The notes under the pieces are model-generated. The model was not told where the DNA came from, did not search any database, and was given only the letters and a program-made list of their open reading frames with translations. Shown here in pieces: positions 55,131 through 64,000 of a stretch of DNA of 64,000 nt. Numbering within the stretch: position 1 is the stretch's first letter; each line of letters begins with the position of its first letter. The stretch lies in NCBI RefSeq assembly GCF_009914755.1, contig NC_060929.1, one strand, 5' to 3'. The stretch comes from the human T2T-CHM13v2.0 reference genome, Homo sapiens. A program made the translations under genes and the position numbers.

Positions 55131-55917
55131 CTATCATAATAAAATTTGATGAACGTAAATGTACTTTTAATTCCATTTCATAATGTATCAGCTAAGATAT
55201 ATTCAGTCATAAATAACTAATAATTGCATTAATAGTGGTATTGGCCATAAAGACAGTTGCTAACTTAACATAAATTCCAGAAGAGCCAGGTTCCTTCCAT
55301 TCATTTACTTTTCCATCCTTGGGTAGTAGTCTATGACATCTTTCTTACAGTCATACCTACAGGCTTCCCAGCAGGCATGAATCTCACCTTTTTTTGGGAG
55401 AATCTTGGAAAACCTCACAGTCTTCTTCTGTCTTATCTAGGCTGGAATTGGACCACAGGGTCGCCCTTAGACCAATTATTGGCAAAAAGGCAAGAACTCA
55501 TCATGACTGGCTTATGTGAACCACAATTATCCTGGCTTTCTGCTTAATACTGCTTGTACAAAGAGATTTGTTAGTAAGGAATAATGAGGCTGGATGGGGG
55601 ATGGGAGGGTCGGAGAAAGGGATAGCTGTTTGCCACACTTAATAACTGTTCAAAGCTTAAGTCATGTTTACAGAGGTCACTACTGCTGTGTTTAGACCTA
55701 TGAAGTCAGCTGAAATGTTCTCAAATATTGATACATTATTCTTTATATTTTAAAATAGCACATTTTATTGCAATATTTTCTTCCTGAGTACAGTGAGCAC
55801 TATGAAATATACTATTCTACACATGCAAAAGGGAAAACAGCAAAAGCTTAGAAGCAAGGAGAAGAAATTAAAAAGAGGGAAGGAAAAGGACAAAGACCAA
55901 ATTGTAATGCATTTCAC

Positions 55918-56046
55918 TTGCAAAATCTCTTTTCTTGTATAACAAATGCACTGCTTTGTGTTTTGACCTACTGATGGTGAATTATTTCCTCAGACTAAAA
56001 CTCCAGAGCTCAGTGGGTGAAGGGTGAGAGTCAGTAGAGTATAATT
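55918..56046 (-). pseudogene. Exon relic (129 nt, phase 1-1)
   Basis: Acceptor ttctgcag|, donor A|gtgaaa. LYSTDSHPSPTELWSFSLRK*FTISRSKHKAVHLLYKKRDFA. Confidence 0.4.
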
Positions 56047-56542
56047 CTGCAGAATCTAGCCAGTTAGCTAAATGAGTAAATATAGGAATGGAGAAAGCCC
56101 GTGTCTTTAGCCATTAATCTTCTCACTCCTCTTACTCTTTGTGTGAGTTTGGTCCTCTATTTGTTCTGAGGTAGACCAAAAGTAAGCAGAAAAAGGTAAT
56201 ATAGAGAAGTAACTCTTTTATTCCAAGGGCAGCCTCTCAGTTGACAATTAACTCTTAGCTGCCAGTTCAAGCCTGGGGAAAATAATTATCCAAGACACTT
56301 CCTAGTTTACTTTGAAATTTAAAGGAAGCATAACTACCTGTTTTAGGGTTCTCTTGGGTACAAGTGACAGAAATTCATTTCAAACTGATTTAAACAAAAC
56401 AGGGTTTGTGGGAGGGGAGGAATATTGGAGCAACACAGAGACTCACAGGGAGAACTCAGTAACCCAGACTTGACCTGAGCCAGGGACCGTGAGTGGCCCT
56501 GCAAATCTACTCATGTTTCTGCCTCTTTATGAGTTTTCACTT

Positions 56543-56894
<352 letters not shown>

Positions 56895-57828
56895 TGAATC
56901 ACATCCTTATTGCAACGTGATCAGAGAGGAAAGCACTATTTTCTCCAGGAAACGCTTGAAACATTCGGAGAAAGCACTCTCATTTCTCTGGCTTGGGTTA
57001 TATGAGCATGTGTGGAGCAGCTACTATCAACCTCAGGTAGGATTTGGAGGGGTGACAAACAGTAGGGTGAGGAGCCCTGGGGTTGGTCCATCTCGGATTA
57101 TGTTTTGCCATCATGGTTAGGAGTACCAGGATGGCACACACACTCCCCGACCAACACCCGCTAGGGCTGTGGCTGTGAAGAAATATTTCCGGGAGAAGGG
57201 AGTTGTGAGTGGTAAATGTCCACAATGACACAGGCGTCCCTCTTAGCATTCCTGAGGTAATAGTGTGTGTGGTTCTGACACGGAAAATGAGTGAACAGTG
57301 CTCCCCTGTTTTGTAATGAGCTGATGTGGACTCCACACAGTAAGAAAAAAAAAAACTCCATGGTGTGCGTGATGCAAGACCACCTTTGAGAACCAGTTTA
57401 AGATCTCTCTTAGGCCCTACACAACTGTACTGAAACTGTTCCCCTAGAAGTTATTAGGTCCTCCTAAATGCCGCTGCTCCTTTGTAGCCACACTTCCCCC
57501 GCTCATTCTGATTAAACTCACTGCAGCACTCTCATTTTCATTTATTCTGTCATTCAACAATATTATTTGATGCATCCTAGCGATTTGTTCAAAAGACAAG
57601 TTCCCTCTTCTCAGCAATACTTTCTGAGAGAAACAGGAAATGAAGTAAAGCAGAGTTGGATCATTTAATTGCCACTTACAATAAGTACTATGAAGGAAAT
57701 AAACAGGATACCGTGACAGAGAGTAAGTGTTTATGAAAGATCTGCCTACGTAGGATTTATTTGTCCATAATTCTTCTTAAAGAAAAGAAAGAAAGAAAAA
57801 CAAAAAACAATAACAACAAAAAACAAAC

Positions 57829-58753
57829 CTCTCCTCATGCATGGCTTTGGTAGTAGTCTCTCTCCTGGTCTGCCTTCAAGTTCTTTGATCTGTCTTTCTC
57901 TGGACCGGCTTTCTCCTCTCTCTTTCTTTGTGACATAGGCAAATCCTGAGACCAAATAACGAATGAAGTGACTTCCATTCTCTTAGTCCCTCTTTCTTAC
58001 TCTGAGGGCCTTTCCTCATTTATCTTCTGCTTCCTGTTATTTCTCTTACTATGCATGAAAAGTAAATTACTGATCTTCTTTAAACCTCCTCTCCTAAGAG
58101 AAATGCCTAAGAAAAAGCAAAGATTCTTGTTGGAAGACAACTGGTTAGGGAGAAGGAGGATTGTTTGGGGAGAGGTCTTTCCTACAGTTTTCATGTTGCC
58201 AAAGCAACACCTTAGTCCAACTTTTCTGAGTAGACATGCAACATATCAGAGTAAGACAGTCTTTATTTTTCCATTTGTATCCACTTTTACATTTTTCCAT
58301 CTGTATTAGTTATTCTTGGTTCTGAACCTATTGATATGCTTATAAACGAATATTGTCATTACATTTCATCAATATATAACAGCAGGTGAGTAATGGTGTT
58401 AAAGAAACCTCAGTGCTGTTTGGGCTTGAGACACTTTTCTCTATCACTGGACATTATTAGTATCCTTTCTAACTTTCCTCAGCTTTCCATGCGGCTGAAT
58501 GCCAGGCTACATATGCTCACCAGGCAACCAAAGTCCAGGATAAAGACCAAGCTCGTCATGTCTCAGCTGTCATGTTTTCTCTTGGGATGAGTTGGTCTTC
58601 ATCTCATTTTCAAGCTGGCCCCATTGTTTTGTAGTGATGGAAATCTGTCACCAAAATCTTGGTGGGCCTTCCCAGAATCCAGGCTGTGCTGATGTAAGTT
58701 ATGGGGCCAAAAGGAGTTGTGGCTTGGCAAAGTGACATTTTATTTAAAATATT
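57829..58753 (-). pseudogene. Large exon relic
   Basis: About 120 codons with 2 stops from 58194 to 57830 (MKTVGKTSPQ..RPSE*ERGTKRMEV..SQRKREEKAGPEKDRSKNLKADQERDYYQ); donor GAG|gtttgt. Confidence 0.45.
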
Positions 58754-58969
58754 CTGGTAATGTTTATAAAGCACATTAAGCACTTTTACAATATTTTAAA
58801 AATCAAGGAAAGTTACTTGGTATTATCACATGTCTTCCAAGGAAATTGTTTTGAAAGTTGTGGTCCAACATTCCTAAAAACAAATAATTAGATTCCTAGC
58901 CTTATAGCAATGGTGTGATCAGTCTCTCAGAGAGTGAGCATTTATTGGTCCCTCCCTCCCCTTTCTTAC

Positions 58970-59132
58970 TCAGGCTACTCTCTAATCATATTTTGTTTTC
59001 TTTTCTAGTCTTGCCTCTGTTGCCACAATATTTTTTTGCTAGCAGCCTCAATTTTTCCAGCTGTTAGCTACTGGAGCTTTTTTTATTATGATACATTTTT
59101 CTGAAATCCCTAGACTCCTCTATTTCTTAGAT
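58970..59132 (-). pseudogene. Exon relic
   Basis: Donor A|gtaaga. EIEESRDFRKMYHNKKSSSS*QLEKLRLLAKKYCG. The 111-aa ORF 59186..59521 lies just upstream and may belong to the same exon. Confidence 0.4.
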
Positions 59133-59567
59133 CTGTCTTATAAGACAGCTCATGAAACAGACAATGGAGAGAATTTATTGAATGTTCACTGTGTGAACAG
59201 GAAAGGCCAAGGTAAGATGCAGAAATACTTATGGTCCAGTTGGGAGACACAATATAAATGCATGAAAATGACAAGCAGAGATGAGGCAAACAGTGCCAGT
59301 AAGTAGCTCCAGATGGATAATTGAGGGATATCCAGTGGGATCAGGTTCATTAGGGGAGATATTCTGGAAGAGAAAAATTGAGAGTAGAGGACAAAAGGAA
59401 GGACTGGAGCAAGACTACTGGGAACAGGAGAGAATGCTCTCATTATTGCCTCACAGAGAGTTATATGGCGATTCACCTGTGGAGCTTTGCTTCTAACAGT
59501 CACTTTAACAATAGCCTGCATAGCACTTGGACTCCTGAGTGCTAGACTGGCTTCCTAGCTCTGTGTG

Positions 59568-59932
59568 TGTATTAGTCTGTTCTTACACTGCTAATGAAGA
59601 CATACCTGAGACTGGATAATTATAAAGGAAAGAAGTTTAATTGACTCACAGTGCCACATGGCTAGGGAGGCCTCACAATTATGGTGGAAGGCAAGGAGGA
59701 GCAAGTCACATCTTATATGGCAGCAGGCAGGAGAAGAATGAGAGTGAAGCAAAAAGGGAAACCCCTTATACAACCATCAGACCTCGTGAGATTTATTCAC
59801 TGCCATGAGAACAGTATGGGTGAAACTGGCCCCATGATTCTATTATCTCTCACCAGGCCCGTCCCATAAACGTGGGAATTATGGGAGCTGCATTTCAAGA
59901 GATTTGGGTGGGGACACAGCCAAAGCATATCA
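59568..59932 (-). mobile_element. THE1 (MaLR) solo LTR
   Basis: tgtattagtctgttcttacactgctaatgaagacatacctgagactgg ... gggacacagccaaagcatatca. Confidence 0.92.
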
Positions 59933-60220
59933 GTGGGTGAGTGAGAACCAGTGTCGTTAACTGTGCACTCCCACAACTGTTCATTAAGTCCTTTCAACTG
60001 GACATTTCTAAGGAAACTACGAGGTTAAGAGGTGGGTGTATATATTCATTTGCCTAGGGAGTTTGGTGAAATGGTAACTTTGAAAATGTTTTCTTTGCTA
60101 AAAAGATTTTGTTCCTGAAGCCTGTTCTTTGTGAAAAATATCATATCTCCCCATTTGGAAAATCACGTTGAATACAGAAAGTGGCAGCTTGTGAAAACAC
60201 ACACTCAACGTGTTTCTTAC

Positions 60221-60427
60221 TTTCTCAAGGCGATAAACTATAGTTGATGAACTGCAAACCTCTCTGAATTATAGAACCTCTCTGCTAACCCGGGGGATTT
60301 TAACAGATTTTTAAACTTCTGTCTCTTAATTTTGTTTTTCTTCCTTTGGTAAGTGAATAAGTAGAGTTAACCTTACAATCAGATCAAACACTTCATTCTG
60401 ATCCCAGGAAGCTTGGGTCCTTAGCAC
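60221..60427 (-). pseudogene. Exon relic (207 nt, phase 2-2), clearest RGS-box-like start
   Basis: Acceptor ccag|, donor AA|gtaaga. QRKKNKIKRQKFKNLLKSPGLAERFYNSERFAVHQL*FIALR. Confidence 0.55.
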
Positions 60428-60897
60428 CTGGATTTTTAGCAGTTTATAGAATGTGCCAGGTGTTTACATGCATTCTTGCTTTTGCCTATGCTGCAATCTT
60501 GGCCTTGAATTTTGTTATCCTCTCTGTGTTATCTCATGGGCAAACATCTGCTTATACTCCAAAAGTCACCTAATCTCACAACAGTCTCTTCTTTTAGAAC
60601 TAAGCACTCTTTCCATTGTATTCTGGAAAACACATTGATCAGATCTCCTCTGTGGCCTTGGGGAACCATATTATCATGTGATGAGGGCGTGACTTTACGT
60701 CTCACCCTATTTGAACTCCTCAGAGATAGGAGTGTGTTTTATTATATTAATATTTCCTATCGTTAGCATCAAAAAAGGCAGATAGTGTTATGTCACGCTT
60801 ACTAAACATGAACCAATAACCTGCTTTTTGTGAATCCTATGTTTCTTTAAGACCCATTTCACCTTTTGTAGGTTCTTGACAATAAGGGAGATTTCAC

Positions 60898-61114
60898 CTA
60901 AATGTGTGTGACAATGCACAGAATTTCAAAATTTCCAATGAACTTGAGGTTATCGTTGCTCTCAGATTCTCTGGACACTTCTTTACCAAATTTGCCTTGA
61001 CGTTTAAACACACAAAAGTCTGTGTTAACGTTGCCTCAATGCTCATAGCAGACTTTATTATTTCTTTTGCATGTTCATCAAAATCTCCAAAAATATGGGG
61101 GTTGTGGTAGATAT
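60898..61114 (-). pseudogene. Exon relic (217 nt, phase 1-2), fully open, acceptor apparently AG>AA
   Basis: ctattttttattttaa| ... donor AG|gtgaaa. IYHNPHIFGDFDEHAKEIIKSAMSIEATLTQTFVCLNVKANLVKKCPENLRATITSSSLEILKFCALSHTF. Confidence 0.65.
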
Positions 61115-61751
61115 TTAAAATAAAAAATAGTGAATGAGTTTGATATTGCAAAGTAATATATGGGAAAGTTGTTTATTTTGTGTAGTGCTTTCTAGTAAAT
61201 ATCTATTTTACTGTTTTACTTTCTCAAGGATACATACAATCAGTATTCTGCATTCTTTATTTTTGCTTCTCTTGGGTATTTTATTTGCATTTTATATTTA
61301 TTTCCTAAAAGTCCTAAGTATCAGCATTCTTGCAGATTGTTGATGAATCAATGGAAAGGATTGAAATGTAGATAATGTTTATGCACATATGTATATTTAT
61401 GTACCTATTTAGCATTTATATAGAATCGAATTCATTGTAATTAAAAGGTTTTAGAGCTAAATACTTTGAGATCTGCTTTCAAGGGTTTAGTAATCTAGTG
61501 GTGGAAATAAGAATTGTTCAGAGAAAAAAATGATGTGGGAGTTCAGAGGGTGATAATTCTGTCACTCTGGGCAACAGTGGGACATTGAGAGACTTGACTT
61601 CCTTACTTCTACTTGAAGAAGAAAGGGACAGGATATTTTAAGTGCAGGAAAGTGTGCAAAGGCAAGGAGATGACTGATCTTTGGAACTGTAAGTCATTCA
61701 GTTTAGTTGGGGCTCAGAGTATACTGGATTTTTCTCTAGCCAGGATGTTAC

Positions 61752-61857
61752 CTGTTCAGCCATTTTAATTCATAAAACGGAATCTAAATTAAATTGAGAA
61801 AAGTAGTCAGATATTCTCCATTTTAAAGTGTAGACTTTGGTTGTTCACCCCTTGCTT
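61752..61857 (-). pseudogene. Possible exon relic
   Basis: Donor CAG|gtaaca. KQGVNNQSLHFKMENI*, with IPFYELKWLN in a neighbouring frame. Confidence 0.35.
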
Positions 61858-62570
61858 TTGAAAAACAAACACCACAGATGAATCAATACATAGAACATAC
61901 ACCAAATGCAAACCTGGCTTTAGTACAACTATAGAGGCACATTCCCTCCTTACTAATAACACATTCCTAAGGTAGCCAGTTTATAGGGATGCAATTCACA
62001 GCAAGAAATATAGGCTGTAGAAGAGCTGATTTCAGTGTTTATCCTAAAACAGTCAGGTATACACTCAGAACATTGAAATAGGGCAAGTTCTCCCTAGTTC
62101 TGCACCTTTGAATAATCAGAGTTGGGAGAAATGGATGTTGAGTGGCAATGGGAATTGAGGCTCTACCCTCATGTGCTTATAGCAGTATAGGTCTGAGGAT
62201 AGTTGTGGTAGGAAGCACGGAAAACTAGATCAGAGGAAGAAGGGACACAAAAAACGGTAGCAGCAGGGTTAGCTCCAGGGCAGACCACAGAGTTGGCAAA
62301 GTCAAGCTTTGATAACCTTGCCTTTTTTCCTCTATCCCATATCACAATGGGTCAATGCTAACATCTCTTTCTGCAGGTTTTTATTTAAAGTTGGCTATTT
62401 AATAAGACCCAGGAGGCAGCTGGGAACCCAAGAATGAGCACTAGAATGAAAGACCTGTTTATTCCTCACTTTGCCACCGGCTGGTCACATGATCAGAACC
62501 CTTATTGTTAATTTTACCTTCATCCTAAATAGCCCTCCTCTGTGCTCCCACAGCAGGCTCACAAGCATAC

Positions 62571-62635
62571 CTTTTTCATTATATCCCAAAGACTATATTG
62601 ACTATGCCACAGGAGTCCTTCCAGAAGCACTTTTA
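62571..62635 (-). pseudogene. 65-nt exon relic (phase 1-0), open
   Basis: Acceptor cttatcttacag|, donor AAG|gtatgc. KVLLEGLLWHSQYSLWDIMKK. Confidence 0.55.
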
Positions 62636-62744
62636 CTGTAAGATAAGTTTTTCTTTTTAAGGGTGAAAAAGCCCTTGAGGTCACAAGGGATTCATTGATA
62701 AAGGTGTATTGATAGATGGTGTGAATGATGTTTGAGCATCTTAC

Positions 62745-62799
62745 CTTGTGACACAACAAACTAATATTTGTGGGTAATTGCCTTCTTCACTCATCTACC
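62745..62799 (-). pseudogene. 55-nt exon relic (phase 0-1)
   Basis: Donor AAG|gtaaga; phase fits the next exon across a 109-nt intron. Confidence 0.4.
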
Positions 62800-62810
62800 C
62801 TAGACCAGTC

Positions 62811-62890
62811 CTCCCTCCCTCCCTCCCTCCCTTCCTTTCCTTCCCCTTCCCCTTCCTTCCTTCTTTCCTTCCTTCCATCCTTCCTTCCTT
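62811..62890. repeat. (CCCT)n/(CCTT)n polypyrimidine microsatellite
   Basis: Direct reading. Confidence 0.9.
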
Positions 62891-63180
62891 TTTTTCTTTA
62901 ATTCTTGTCAGAAAAATAGTTGCAATGTGAATCTAAGAAAATAAAGATGTGGAGTACACAGAGCTTTGCTTCAGATTCTCTGGACTAAAGACTGACACTC
63001 ATCTAGATGCCAAAGATCCCATCAGTCACCACATTTTTTAGACTTCTGACTGCTAAGAAATATTTTGGATCTTCAGAATAGGTATCCTTTGGGGAAAAGA
63101 AAGGGATATATATTTTTTTGTTGACCCTTGCTACTTAAGTCTAGAAATTATGAAAGGGAAAAATTTGAAAACTGTTACTA

Positions 63181-63600
<420 letters not shown>

Positions 63601-64000
63601 AAGAAAAATGTTTCTGTCTTTTAGAAGCTGCACTCTCAAGACCAAGTACACTTTCAAAAGAGAAGACTGAAGAAATCTGAGTTCATCATCCCAGGACCCT
63701 GGAAATAGCGTAGGGTTAGGGTAAGTGCAGAGTTGTAGGAAAAATAGTCTAAACAAAGACATGGAGCAAGAAGAGGAAAGAGAATAAGACAGCAAAGAAA
63801 ACCATCATCATTGCTTCTCACAGGATGGCTGTGTTTGGATTAAAGACTGCCAGGCTGGACAAAGCCAGTAAACATACTACAGTGTTTTCTAGTCTACATC
63901 TATGTTTGTGAATGGCTAATAGCAAGATGACTATTATTAGACTGTTCCTATATACTCTTGCAAACTTTGTGGTGCACAATAGGCAATGTGTAATAAGAAA

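Overview
Primate (human-like) genomic DNA, AT-rich and dense in repeats: Tigger1, about 10 Alus, L1/L2/MIR, MaLR and MLT2 LTRs, MER5/MER58/MADE1, and a 49-bp VNTR. There is no intact protein-coding gene, RNA gene or CRISPR array. The main signal is in the unique DNA between the repeats. The minus strand carries more than 30 exon-like relics across ~4.9-63 kb, most with AG/GT splice sites, matching reading-frame phases from exon to exon, and scattered stops or frameshifts. Their hand translations repeatedly resemble RGS (regulator of G-protein signalling) boxes and, from memory, RGS22. I read this as a very large, intron-containing, multi-RGS-domain gene that decayed in place (candidate unitary pseudogene), with its 5' end beyond the right edge of the window. 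The family assignment is by eye and needs a database search. Repeat subfamily calls and many boundaries are approximate.
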